Below are positions 7,677 through 15,822 of a stretch of 42,549 bases of DNA, piece by piece; positions within the stretch are counted from its first letter, which is position 1, and the number at the start of each line of letters is the position of its first letter. A model generated the notes under the pieces. That model did no database searches. It saw only the letters and a program-made list of their open reading frames with translations, and had not been told where the DNA came from. Origin of the DNA: a virus (lineage: Duplodnaviria > Caudoviricetes); the IMG/VR virus record IMGVR_UViG_3300012940_000014, positions 1 through 42,549 of that record. The stretch is one strand, 5' to 3'. A program made the position numbers and the translations under genes.

Positions 7677-8337
7677 TACTCAACTCCAACTCATATTGCA
7701 GTTCTGATAGCCAAATACTCAGCGTCTGAAGGTGGGCGACCGCCTCCAGACGCTCGTCATGAGATGATCCGCGCGCGACCGCTTTTGGGTCTGTTTTCGC
7801 GGCCTTTTCTGCATGCTCGCGCAGCATTGCCAGGGCATGCGTGGCAACGGTGAAGTCCTCGGGATCACGCCCGCCCAAATGGTCGATGATCTTCGGTGGA
7901 CGGGGCTTCTTGCCCATCTCCGCAAGCTTGGTGACGGTCGGCGGAGAATCGCTCTCGACCGCCTTCTCGAACTCGTCGGCGGGGACATTGGCGACACGGA
8001 CTGCGGTCTTGGCCTGATGTTCGGAAAGCCCAGCCTCGTCCGCGGCTTTCTTCTGGGTGGGGGTGTCCTCATTCAGATCGGTGCGCGCACGCTCGTTGCT
8101 AAGCGTCTTCAACAGCTCACCCGCCCGCCGCGTCGCGCGCCCCTGAATCCGCATCGCCGTCTTCAGCAGCGTGTCGTCGTTGGCCTGGCGGGCGTAGGAG
8201 GCCAGCGCAGCCGCCTTGTCCGACCACGCCTTGCACTCATCGACGCGATCGCACTCGGCAAGCGCGGTGCATGCGTGCTCGTAGACGGCAGGAAGCTTTG
8301 CGGACTGAATGTCGGGGAGCTGAGCCGGGATATTCAT
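7660..8337 (-). CDS. Phage helical protein (LAECDRVDECKAWSDKAAALASYARQA family), probably DNA-binding
   Basis: ATG 8337 with ATGA overlap to rusA; HTH-like QKKAADEAGLSEHQAKTAVRVA. Confidence 0.75.
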   Translation of the reverse strand: MNIPAQLPDIQSAKLPAVYEHACTALAECDRVDECKAWSDKAAALASYARQANDDTLLKTAMRIQGRATRRAGELLKTLSNERARTDLNEDTPTQKKAADEAGLSEHQAKTAVRVANVPADEFEKAVESDSPPTVTKLAEMGKKPRPPKIIDHLGGRDPEDFTVATHALAMLREHAEKAAKTDPKAVARGSSHDERLEAVAHLQTLSIWLSELQYELELSNGVQR

Positions 8338-8759
8338 TCCGCCGCCTCCGCGAACAGGCCGCCGAGCTTGGCAATGCGGATGCTCACCTGCACGCCGGCA
8401 TGACGCGCATCCGGCTCGCACCAGTGCGGGATGACGGCGCGCACGTACTGATTGGAATCGTCGATGAGTAGCCCGGCCTCGACGAGGGCATCGAGGCACG
8501 GCTTGGCGTAGTTGTCGGCATCGCGCCGGCGGCTATCGCGCGGCGTCAGCGCCAGCTTGATCACCACCGGCTCGCGGAGCTGCTTGAGGCGCTGCGAGCG
8601 GATGATGATGCCGGCCTGCTTGCGCCAGGCCTTGTATTGCTTGGTGGGGAAGCGGCGCACCTTGCCGCGCACCAGGCCGTGCGCGAACAGGCCGTTGGTT
8701 GATGGCGGGAAGGGGAGCCAGAACGTTACGGCTGCAACGTCGGTAGCCTGAGACGACAT
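8334..8759 (-). CDS. rusA: RusA-family Holliday junction resolvase
   Basis: LPFPPSTN and RRDADNYAKPCLDAL...IDDS motifs. Confidence 0.92.
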   Translation of the reverse strand: MSSQATDVAAVTFWLPFPPSTNGLFAHGLVRGKVRRFPTKQYKAWRKQAGIIIRSQRLKQLREPVVIKLALTPRDSRRRDADNYAKPCLDALVEAGLLIDDSNQYVRAVIPHWCEPDARHAGVQVSIRIAKLGGLFAEAAE

Positions 8760-8781
8760 GGTTGCACCTGGAAGCCGTGCG

Positions 8782-8820
8782 GGATAAACTACATTTATCC
8801 ATGGTAACCATATTCGTCAA
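8782..8820 (-). promoter_or_regulatory. Leftward promoter overlapped by an operator
   Basis: TTGACG (8820-8815)-N17-TAAATG; perfect palindrome GGATAAA-CTACA-TTTATCC at 8782-8800. Confidence 0.75.
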
Positions 8821-8859
8821 CGTTAACGGAAGACGGTGAACAGTTCGCGTGTCGGGGTG

Positions 8860-8883
8860 GGGTAAAGTCGTCAAACTTTACCC
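8860..8883. promoter_or_regulatory. Inverted repeat abutting the repressor start codon
   Basis: GGGTAAAGT-CGTCAA-ACTTTACCC immediately followed by ATG 8884. Confidence 0.65.
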
Positions 8884-9231
8884 ATGTCGGATCAGCCCCC
8901 ACATTCGAAGAAGAAGGTTCGCAAGCCGCGCAGCGATCAGCGGCTTACGCGATCACAGGCGGAGCTGAAGGCAGACATCATGAGCGACTTCGGGGCGAAC
9001 CTTAAGGCCATCCGCGCGCGTCGGTATGAGAGCGCGAAAGAGATGGCTGTGGCTCTGGGTATCGACGATGACCGCTACCGGCATTACGAGCGCGGCACAG
9101 CGATGCCGCCATATGAGCTGCTCTATCGGATTTGCCAGATTTTAGACTGCGAACCGAATGATTTGCTGCCGTTCAGGCGACAGCGCGAGAAGGCCCCGGC
9201 GCGCCCCCCTCGCGAACGCGTTGCGTCATAA
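8884..9231 (+). CDS. XRE/HTH_3 repressor without a peptidase domain
   Basis: FGANLKAIR...AKEMAVALGIDDDRYRHYERG.AMP...LYRICQIL.CEPNDLL; flanked by operators. Confidence 0.88.
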   Translation: MSDQPPHSKKKVRKPRSDQRLTRSQAELKADIMSDFGANLKAIRARRYESAKEMAVALGIDDDRYRHYERGTAMPPYELLYRICQILDCEPNDLLPFRRQREKAPARPPRERVAS

Positions 9232-9461
9232 TACCATTCAAACGACGCACTTAAGGTTATCCGCGGTTTTGCTTCGCGGCATTGGGCTGCGCTGAGTCTG
9301 GATCGAACGACGGCGTCCTATGCCCGTCCTGACCCCGCCCGCCTTGGAGGCCCGTCAGACGGCGGCTCCGGCGTAGGCCTTCGTCATCCACATTTTGCAC
9401 TCGCTCCAACCGACTGCTGCTGCTTGCAAAAATCAATCTGGTTCATCTCGGCCGAATAAAA

Positions 9462-9520
9462 AGATAAAGCAGGTTTATTTTTTGGTTGACGGGCCGCCGC
9501 AGGATAAACTAACTTTATCC
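9462..9520 (+). promoter_or_regulatory. Rightward early promoter flanked by two operators
   Basis: AGATAAA-GCAGG-TTTATTT (9462-9480); TTGACG 9486-9491 with CTAACT/TAACTT at 9509-9515; GGATAAA-CTAAC-TTTATCC (9502-9520). Confidence 0.78.
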
Positions 9521-9521
9521 C

Positions 9522-9638
9522 ATCGACGGACGGTTTCCCCCGCTTTTCCCTCCGTCGATTGGATCGGGCCGCACCCTCCCCCACCCGATCTCAACTGGCC
9601 CCGGCGGACAGGTTCCGCATCCCGCCGGGGCCTCTTTC
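9522..9638 (+). ncRNA. Three-hairpin leader or small RNA with C-rich loops, ending in a terminator-like stem
   Basis: Perfect stems 9522-30/9551-59, 9562-68/9584-90 and 9597-9607/9622-32, then TCTTTC. Confidence 0.65.
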
Positions 9639-9658
9639 AGGAGGCAGGAGTTGGTGCC

Positions 9659-10153
9659 GTGTCCGATTACGTCGACAAACTCGTTTCCGGTGAGCAGCCC
9701 TCAGAGGCTCCCGAACTGATCCCCGCAAATGACGATGCCCGCTGTGAGGTGTCTGTTGCCGCGCCCATCATCGAGGGCGTGCCCTCCTCTCACGAGGAGA
9801 AGCGCTTCCACAACCAGGCCAACGCGGTTCTGCGGGGCGAGGAAGCCGCGGAGACTCAGCACGAAGCGGATCTGGCCGAGGCGGCGCGCTACGTGGATGC
9901 CCGCCGGCAGGAAGCCACCCTCTACCTCTTGAAGGCCGCATGGATGAGCGTGTTCAACGCCAGCGAGGCGCTGAAGCGCATGGGGACGGAAGACCTCGAC
10001 GAAGAATCTCGGTGGGCCCTCATCCACATCTTCACGTCGTGCGGCGCGGTGATGGAGCAGTCCGCCCGCCTCCATGGCGTCGGCTTCGACGCGCCAGCCA
10101 TGACGAGCCTGCCGCTGCTGACATCGGAGCGGTGGAAGAACCGCCGTGTCTGA
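9659..10153 (+). CDS. Hypothetical protein, first gene of the early operon
   Basis: GTG 9659 after GGAG; acidic and helical. Confidence 0.7.
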   Translation: MSDYVDKLVSGEQPSEAPELIPANDDARCEVSVAAPIIEGVPSSHEEKRFHNQANAVLRGEEAAETQHEADLAEAARYVDARRQEATLYLLKAAWMSVFNASEALKRMGTEDLDEESRWALIHIFTSCGAVMEQSARLHGVGFDAPAMTSLPLLTSERWKNRRV

Positions 10154-10283
10154 GCCCCGGCTGCGCTCGCTGCGCAGCTTCATCTGGAACGTGCGCACCC
10201 TTGGCCCGCTGTCGTGGCTCCGGTGCGCGGTCTTCAACGCATGGCGGGCTGTCCGCCGATCCAACCACGAGGGAGAACGATGA
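10146..10283 (+). CDS. Small basic hypothetical protein (45 aa)
   Basis: Manual ORF MSEPRLRSLRSFIWNVRTLG... fills the gap and ends in an ATGA overlap. Confidence 0.5.
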   Translation: MSEPRLRSLRSFIWNVRTLGPLSWLRCAVFNAWRAVRRSNHEGER

Positions 10284-10774
10284 AAACACCCCTGATCTGG
10301 AACCCTGACGACGGCGATGCGCTGCAGGGCGATGTCATCCTGATGCGCATTCCTGATGATGTTGCCGTCGACACCTCAGATGAGATCACGCCCAAGGGCG
10401 GCCGGCTCATCCTGGCAGAAGGCGAGGTAACCGGCCATCACCACGCCATCTGGCTGCGCGGCGTCACCATGCTGCGCGATGACGGCGCCGGCAGCGGTGC
10501 CACCTTCGCCGACACCAATGAGATGGTGTCCAAGGCGACGTCCAAGCCAGTTGGTGTTGCTCGGCTCTATCGCGATGATGTTGCCGCATCCGCTCTCGTG
10601 AGCCGCGGTGAGCTTGAGCACGACCGCTCCGCAATCGGCTTCCTCATCGTCGACAACGCGCCAGTCACCCTGGAGCACGACGAGCACGACGCCATCCGCA
10701 TCCCGCCGGGCCGGTACTTCGTCGGCGGGCAGGAAGAGTACGACGCGGCCGAAGCGCGTCGCGTGCAGGATTAG
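10280..10774 (+). CDS. His-rich QGDV / GExTGHxH / HxEH protein
   Basis: LQGDV, LAEGEVTGHHH, LEHDEHDAIRIPPGRY, QEEY...RRVQD. Confidence 0.85.
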   Translation: MKTPLIWNPDDGDALQGDVILMRIPDDVAVDTSDEITPKGGRLILAEGEVTGHHHAIWLRGVTMLRDDGAGSGATFADTNEMVSKATSKPVGVARLYRDDVAASALVSRGELEHDRSAIGFLIVDNAPVTLEHDEHDAIRIPPGRYFVGGQEEYDAAEARRVQD

Positions 10775-10783
10775 CAGGGCGTC

Positions 10784-11047
10784 ATGCGAAACCGCTTCGG
10801 AGGCGCCTGTTATCGCTGCGGCCAGTGGGTCAAGCCGGGTGATGGGCACTTTGAGCGCTTCCGCGGAAGCTGGCGAGTTCAGCACGCCGCTTGCGCAATT
10901 GAAATGCGCGGCACGCCAGATGCCGAGCGAGAAGCCGACCGGATAGCTGAGCTGAAGCGCCGAGCTGTCGGAACCGGCAAGCGGGCGCAACGAGCGAGAC
11001 GAGAGCTTCGCGACCGAGAGCATTCAACACAAGGAAGGCAGCCATGA
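10784..11047 (+). CDS. Hypothetical protein with CxxC...HxxC metal-binding motif
   Basis: [13 protein letters not shown]...VQHAAC; ATGA overlap downstream. Confidence 0.7.
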   Translation: MRNRFGGACYRCGQWVKPGDGHFERFRGSWRVQHAACAIEMRGTPDAEREADRIAELKRRAVGTGKRAQRARRELRDREHSTQGRQP

Positions 11048-12177
11048 TCGAGCGTATGACACCAGAGCAGGCACGTGAGCTCATCCCGTTCAGGGAGGAG
11101 CAGCGCAGACGGGCGCTTTCGACGGAGACGATCGACTGCACTTCGGCGATAGCCGCGGTCAATCGGCTCTATGAGGCGGGCGGATGCGAGAAGCCGAGGC
11201 TCGTGCTCTTTTTCACGAGCCCGGCGATGTGCCTGCTCGCTCGCGGAGTGCTGATGAGGCTGTCTGCACTCAGATCGCAGCTCGAATCGCAGCTCAGGTC
11301 GCAGCTCGGATCGCAGCTCGAATCGCAGCTCGAATCGCAGCTCGGGTCGCAGCTCAGGTCGCAGCTCGGATCGCAGCTCAGGTCGCAGCTCAGGTCGCAG
11401 CTCGGATCGCAGCTCGAATCGCAGCTCGAATCGCAGCTCTGGTCGCAGCTCGAATCGCAGCTCTGGTCGCAGCTCTCGTCGCAGCTCTGGTCGCAGCTCT
11501 CGTCGCAGCTCGTCAACGGCGATCTGCATCAAGAGCTCTGGTTCATCGGCGGCTGGGATCGCTTCTGGCTGGCCTTCTACGAGTTCGCCCGCCGCATCGG
11601 TATGAAGCTGGCGCCGAAGCTCACGGCCCACTTTGATGCCTATCAGGAATATGCCGACACGTGCGGCGTCGCGTATTTCTATCCGCAAGTCGCCTTTGTC
11701 AGCGATCGCCCTGAGCGCATCTCGTTCGACTCCGCGCGCCGTCTGCACGCTGATGATGGTCCGGCTCTCAAGTTCCGGGACGGCTACAGCGTCTATGCCT
11801 GGAAGGGCATGCGCGTTGACGCCTCGCTGATCGAGAAGCGGCACGAGATCACAACGGATCAGATCAAGGCAGAGCGCAACGCCGAGCAGCGGCGCGTGCT
11901 GATGGAGATCTACGCGCACCTGCATGGCCCAGGTCGAATCGTTGCCGACATGAAGGCGCGGCTGATGTCCGAGGATGTCTCGCACGGCCGCCCGCGCAAG
12001 CTCTACGAGATCGATGGCAACCGCTTCCTGCACGTCATCAATGGCTCGCTAGAGCCGGACGGATCGCGGCGTGAGTTCCTGCTGGGGGCGCATCCAGATG
12101 CGATGACGCCGCATGATGCCGTTGCTGCCAGCTATGGGCGGCCGGCTGCGAAATATCGCGAAGCGGTGAGGTCGTAG
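11044..12177 (+). CDS. DUF6745-like protein with an internal SQLx tetrapeptide array
   Basis: SDRPERI..D...[20 protein letters not shown] and [15 protein letters not shown] motifs. Confidence 0.85.
   Translation: MIERMTPEQARELIPFREEQRRRALSTETIDCTSAIAAVNRLYEAGGCEKPRLVLFFTSPAMCLLARGVLMRLSALRSQLESQLRSQLGSQLESQLESQLGSQLRSQLGSQLRSQLRSQLGSQLESQLESQLWSQLESQLWSQLSSQLWSQLSSQLVNGDLHQELWFIGGWDRFWLAFYEFARRIGMKLAPKLTAHFDAYQEYADTCGVAYFYPQVAFVSDRPERISFDSARRLHADDGPALKFRDGYSVYAWKGMRVDASLIEKRHEITTDQIKAERNAEQRRVLMEIYAHLHGPGRIVADMKARLMSEDVSHGRPRKLYEIDGNRFLHVINGSLEPDGSRREFLLGAHPDAMTPHDAVAASYGRPAAKYREAVRS
11275..11514 (+). repeat. 20 tandem 12-bp units: TCGCAGCTC plus one variable codon
   Basis: The variable codons encode E R G E E G R G R R G E E W E W S W S V. 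Confidence 0.97.
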
Positions 12178-12181
12178 GGAG

Positions 12182-12574
12182 ATGCGCAACCTGAATCTTC
12201 TCGACCAATACCGCCGGCGCGATGCGGCGACACTCGCCCACTGGGGGTGGTTCGGGGATGAGTCCTGTGGGGCCTTCTTCGTTCCGTCGCCCATCGACGG
12301 AGCGCAGATGATGGTCGTGGCTAGTTCAGCCGAGGGCTGGGATCACGTCTCGGTCTCGCGCAAGAACCGCTGCCCAAACTGGCCGGAGATGGAGCACGTG
12401 AAGCGGCTATTTTTCCGCGATGACGAGTGCGCAATGCAGCTCCATGTGCCGCCTGCCGACCACCTTAGCTATCACCCGCACTGCCTGCACATCTGGCGAC
12501 CTCATGATGTTGATATTCCACGTCCGCCGGCAATGATGGTTGCGCCCGCGCCGGAGCTTACCAATGTCGGCTGA
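12182..12574 (+). CDS. Conserved phage protein (WDHVSVS...PNWPEM...HPHCLHIW family)
   Basis: Recognisable motif set; GGGAG SD. Confidence 0.85.
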   Translation: MRNLNLLDQYRRRDAATLAHWGWFGDESCGAFFVPSPIDGAQMMVVASSAEGWDHVSVSRKNRCPNWPEMEHVKRLFFRDDECAMQLHVPPADHLSYHPHCLHIWRPHDVDIPRPPAMMVAPAPELTNVG

Positions 12575-13223
12575 CCTCATCGAGAAGTTGCGCGCGCCCT
12601 TCGATCCCGCCATCGTTTCTTGGCGCGTCGGGTCGATGACGAAGGACAAGACCAAGGCCCGCGCACTTGCATACATTGATGCGCGCGATGTCATGCAGCG
12701 CCTCGATGAGGTTGTCGGCGCAGCTCACTGGCAGTGCCGCTATGTGCCGATGCCGAATGGCACGACGTGCTGCGAGATTGGCATCCGGCTCACGACAGAT
12801 CCGGTTGAATGGGTGTGGAAGGCGAACGGTGCTGGCAACACCGACATCGAGGGCGAGAAGGGCGGCTACTCTGACGCCTTCAAGCGAGCGGCCGTGCTCT
12901 GGGGGATCGGGCAATACCTCTACGATCTCGATAGCCCATGGGTGCGCGTCAACCAGTGGAAACAGATCGAGGAAACGGAGCTTCCGGCACTGCGCCGCCT
13001 GCTGACAGGCGACAAGGAGCCAAGCTCGCGCGGCTCTCGCGATGAGTACGCGCGCCTGGAGGCGGCTCTGCGGAGCTGTGAGACCATCAAGGCTCTGGCC
13101 ACCGTCTGGAACACCAACAAGGACGCCATTGCGGCGTTACCGGCCGGTCATCGCAAGCATCTGATGGATGAGAAGGACCGCTGCAAGGAAGCGCTGGCGG
13201 CTAAGGAGGCGCAGGCAGTATGA
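12564..13223 (+). CDS. Rad52/Sak-like single-strand annealing protein
   Basis: LAYIDARDVMQRLDEVVG...W and EKGGYSDAFKRAAVLWGIGQYLY. Confidence 0.9.
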   Translation: MSADLIEKLRAPFDPAIVSWRVGSMTKDKTKARALAYIDARDVMQRLDEVVGAAHWQCRYVPMPNGTTCCEIGIRLTTDPVEWVWKANGAGNTDIEGEKGGYSDAFKRAAVLWGIGQYLYDLDSPWVRVNQWKQIEETELPALRRLLTGDKEPSSRGSRDEYARLEAALRSCETIKALATVWNTNKDAIAALPAGHRKHLMDEKDRCKEALAAKEAQAV

Positions 13224-13507
13224 GCACTCGTGATGATGGTGGGCCTGCGTTTCCCGTTCCCGGGCCGACCGAGCTGCCCAGTAACGGAATAATCAGCGAC
13301 GCATATGGCGGCATGACGTTGCGCGACTACTTCGCGGGACAGGCTCTTGCTTCCGGGTGTCTGTTCGACGCGAGAGATCTGGGCGCTACGCCATTCGGCG
13401 ACATAAAAGCTCGTCAACGGTTCGCATCAGAGGCGGCACGCATAGCAACCGTCGCCTATGCACTCGCAGACGCAATGCTCGCCGCGAGAGAGGCGGGCTC
13501 CAAATGA
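13220..13507 (+). CDS. Conserved phage protein (GGPAFP...GMTLRDYFA...ADAMLAAR)
   Basis: Widespread phage motif; ATGA overlaps at both ends. Confidence 0.88.
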   Translation: MSTRDDGGPAFPVPGPTELPSNGIISDAYGGMTLRDYFAGQALASGCLFDARDLGATPFGDIKARQRFASEAARIATVAYALADAMLAAREAGSK

Positions 13508-13710
13508 CATGGCCCACCAAAGCCGTGCTCGTGATGAGCGGTGACACGCTGCTTGGGCTCGTTGAGCGCCAGCGCGACTTCCACACCGGCGAGGTGACGT
13601 GGGTTCCCATCGTCATCAACACCGACCGCAGCCTCACTGCTTTCCACACGACCTACGAGAAGCGTTCCGACGCGATGAAAGCTGTCCGCAAATCATGGGG
13701 GCTCGAATGA
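13504..13710 (+). CDS. Hypothetical protein
   Basis: ATGA overlaps at both ends. Confidence 0.7.
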   Translation: MTWPTKAVLVMSGDTLLGLVERQRDFHTGEVTWVPIVINTDRSLTAFHTTYEKRSDAMKAVRKSWGLE

Positions 13711-14474
13711 GCACAGCACCGGCCGAGGCCGATCCGATCCTCTACGGCAAGCCGCTTGTCTTCAAGGAGAAGTCGCACCGCTACTTCTGGGACGGTAAGC
13801 CCATCCCTTCCGTGACGACGATCCTCGGGCGTCTGCAAAAGCAGGCTCTCATCCAGTGGGCTGCCAACTGCGCAGTGGATCACATCGAGGCGAATGGCGA
13901 TGAGAGTGCCAGAGAGCCAGGGCTATTCCTCGTTACGGCCGCCTGCCTGACAGAGGCACGGAAGGCCCACACCGTGAAGCGTGACGCCGCTGCCGATGTC
14001 GGCACCTTCCTGCACGACTACGCCCGACGCCGCCTCGCCGGTGAGGCTGTGGCCGTGGCTGACGCTGATGATCCAACGCGCAAGGTGATCGAGGCTTTCG
14101 AGGATTGGCGCGCGCAGCACGACATCGTGCCCCTGGGGCTGGAGCGTCGCTCGATGTCGCTCAAGCACTGGTACGCCGGCACGATGGACTTCTGGGGCAC
14201 CATCGACGGCCGCCTCTCAGTCCTCGACTTCAAGACGGGCAAGGGCATCTACGACGAGTATTGGATGCAGACGGCAGCTTACGAGCACGCGCTGCTCGAG
14301 GAGCACCCGCACCTTGATCGCATGCAGCGCTGGATTGTCCGGCTGGATAAGCGCAACGGCGAGTTTGAGGCGGTGCCGCGTCCGCACAGCGCCGCCAACA
14401 CCGAGTGCTTCCTGGCCCTGGTCGAGGTCGACAAGTACATGCGCCTCTCGAAGGTGGAGGCGAAGGCGGCATGA
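13707..14474 (+). CDS. PD-(D/E)XK exonuclease
   Basis: PSVTTIL, GTFLH, YAGTMD...LDFKTG, QTAAY. Confidence 0.9.
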   Translation: MSTAPAEADPILYGKPLVFKEKSHRYFWDGKPIPSVTTILGRLQKQALIQWAANCAVDHIEANGDESAREPGLFLVTAACLTEARKAHTVKRDAAADVGTFLHDYARRRLAGEAVAVADADDPTRKVIEAFEDWRAQHDIVPLGLERRSMSLKHWYAGTMDFWGTIDGRLSVLDFKTGKGIYDEYWMQTAAYEHALLEEHPHLDRMQRWIVRLDKRNGEFEAVPRPHSAANTECFLALVEVDKYMRLSKVEAKAA

Positions 14475-14680
14475 CAGTGCTCAAGCGTCCGCGTCAGAGG
14501 CCATTCAGCTCACCAGCGTGGCAGCCGGTTCTCATCCACAAGGAGACCATCCAGAAGCTGCTTCCGGCAGCAGTGGAACGCCACATCACGGTCGATGACC
14601 TGGTGCGCCAGCTCGTGTCTAAGGCGGCGTCAGATCACTTGGTTGATGCCATTCTTGATGACCTGGAGGCGGCAGAATGA
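14471..14680 (+). CDS. Small ribbon-helix-helix-like protein
   Basis: KLLPAAVERHITVDDLVRQLV...DHLVDAILDD; ATGA overlaps. Confidence 0.7.
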   Translation: MTVLKRPRQRPFSSPAWQPVLIHKETIQKLLPAAVERHITVDDLVRQLVSKAASDHLVDAILDDLEAAE

Positions 14681-15366
14681 ACGAAGCTCCGCGCAATCCG
14701 CGCCTGCCCATGGTCCGCGACGTGATGGAAGCTACGTGCCGCGTCTGCAAGGTGGGCAAGGGAACCCTTTGCGGGCACCGCGGTTCGCGCCGCCTGACGA
14801 CTGACGCGCGCCAGATCGCCATTCTTGCCGCCCGCGCTCTGTGCGGCCGTTCCTCCAAGTTCATCGGCCGCTGCCTTGGCGGGCGCGATCACACGACGGT
14901 GCTGCACCATTTGCGTCTTGCACGTCAGCGGATGCAATCCGGAGACGAGGCGTTCCGGCAGATGTTTTTCGACGTGGTGCAAGAGACGTTCGAGGCAAAG
15001 AAGCGACGGGTGCACGAGTATGAGCGACTTGCGGCTGCGCTACGAGGGGAACGGGGTGTTCAAGGCGGCGACGCACTTGGACTTCGAGACGGCGTGCGAG
15101 ACGTACACGCAGGGCGACGTGCTGAATGCGTCGCTGTCCAAGCCGAGATCGGTAAACCAGAACAGGTTCTTCCACGCGTTGGTGGAGGCAGCCTACGAAA
15201 ACCAGCGCTCGGGCCCGCGGCTGGCGAGCTGGAAGGCGCTGAAGGGCTATCTGCTGATCGAGGCGGGGCACTGCTCGGAAAAGAGAGTGAAGTTGCCGCG
15301 CGGCACGCAGCGCTCCGCCGCCGTCGCGATTGGGCAGGCGCTCGCTCTCCTGATCCGATCCAGTGA
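14677..15366 (+). CDS. Stand-alone DnaA C-terminal (domain IV) HTH protein; 3' end uncertain
   Basis: ARQIAILAAR...S...IGRCLGGRDHTTVLH signature; the ORF runs 347 nt into the next gene. Confidence 0.82.
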   Translation: MNEAPRNPRLPMVRDVMEATCRVCKVGKGTLCGHRGSRRLTTDARQIAILAARALCGRSSKFIGRCLGGRDHTTVLHHLRLARQRMQSGDEAFRQMFFDVVQETFEAKKRRVHEYERLAAALRGERGVQGGDALGLRDGVRDVHAGRRAECVAVQAEIGKPEQVLPRVGGGSLRKPALGPAAGELEGAEGLSADRGGALLGKESEVAARHAALRRRRDWAGARSPDPIQ

Positions 15367-15598
15367 GGAGTACGTCGGCTTGGGATACGACCCGAACACC
15401 AATGAGATTGTCGCGCGCTACCCCGGATCGATGCGCATGCGCGGGCAGGGGGCGATGGGTGGCGAGGAAGCAAACCACGTCGTCGACAAGGTGGTTGATG
15501 TCATCTGCTCGCAGATCGTGCCCGGCGCAGATCCGATGTTGCTGATGAACGACGCCCGCGCCCGCATTGGTGCACCGGAGAGGAAGAAGGCGGCATGA
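15020..15598 (+). CDS. DUF1367/NinB-like recombination-associated protein
   Basis: KPRSVNQNRFFHALV...L..YLLIEAGH...PGSM pattern. Confidence 0.7.
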   Translation: MSDLRLRYEGNGVFKAATHLDFETACETYTQGDVLNASLSKPRSVNQNRFFHALVEAAYENQRSGPRLASWKALKGYLLIEAGHCSEKRVKLPRGTQRSAAVAIGQALALLIRSSEEYVGLGYDPNTNEIVARYPGSMRMRGQGAMGGEEANHVVDKVVDVICSQIVPGADPMLLMNDARARIGAPERKKAA

Positions 15599-15822
15599 GC
15601 TGGGGCGACTATCAGTATCCGGATGGGTACGCCCGCAAGGAAGCGTGTCTCGCGCGGCTGAAAGCGGTGGGCATCACGAAAGGGCAGAACCGCGCCAGCT
15701 CAGACTTCGCTTCGCAGGTTCGAGCTGTCGTCGTGTGGCGCGGCCATACCAACACGCCCATCGGCGATCTGCTCAAGGAATCCATCATCGCCTTCGGCGG
15801 TCACAGGACGAGGCGCTCATGA
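15595..15822 (+). CDS. Hypothetical protein
   Basis: ATGA overlaps at both ends. Confidence 0.7.
   Translation: MSWGDYQYPDGYARKEACLARLKAVGITKGQNRASSDFASQVRAVVVWRGHTNTPIGDLLKESIIAFGGHRTRRS

Noticed and set aside
8801-8830. CtrA binding site in the control region
   Set aside because: Only a single TTAAC half-site; no TTAA-N7-TTAA.
9232-9460. Hidden cro or antirepressor gene downstream of the repressor
   Set aside because: Only short ORFs without HTH character or a convincing SD were found.
9395-9658. N-terminal extension of the first early gene given in the ORF track
   Set aside because: It overlaps the promoter, operators and leader hairpins; GTG 9659 has a proper SD.
11275-11514. CRISPR array or DGR variable region
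   Set aside because: Spacers are only 3 nt and in frame; there are no cas genes, no reverse transcriptase and no template/variable repeat pair.
10879-12033. Long antisense ORF (ELRxELRx) and other shadow ORFs over the repeat
   Set aside because: Explained by the stop-free repeat and GC-rich codon bias of the sense gene.
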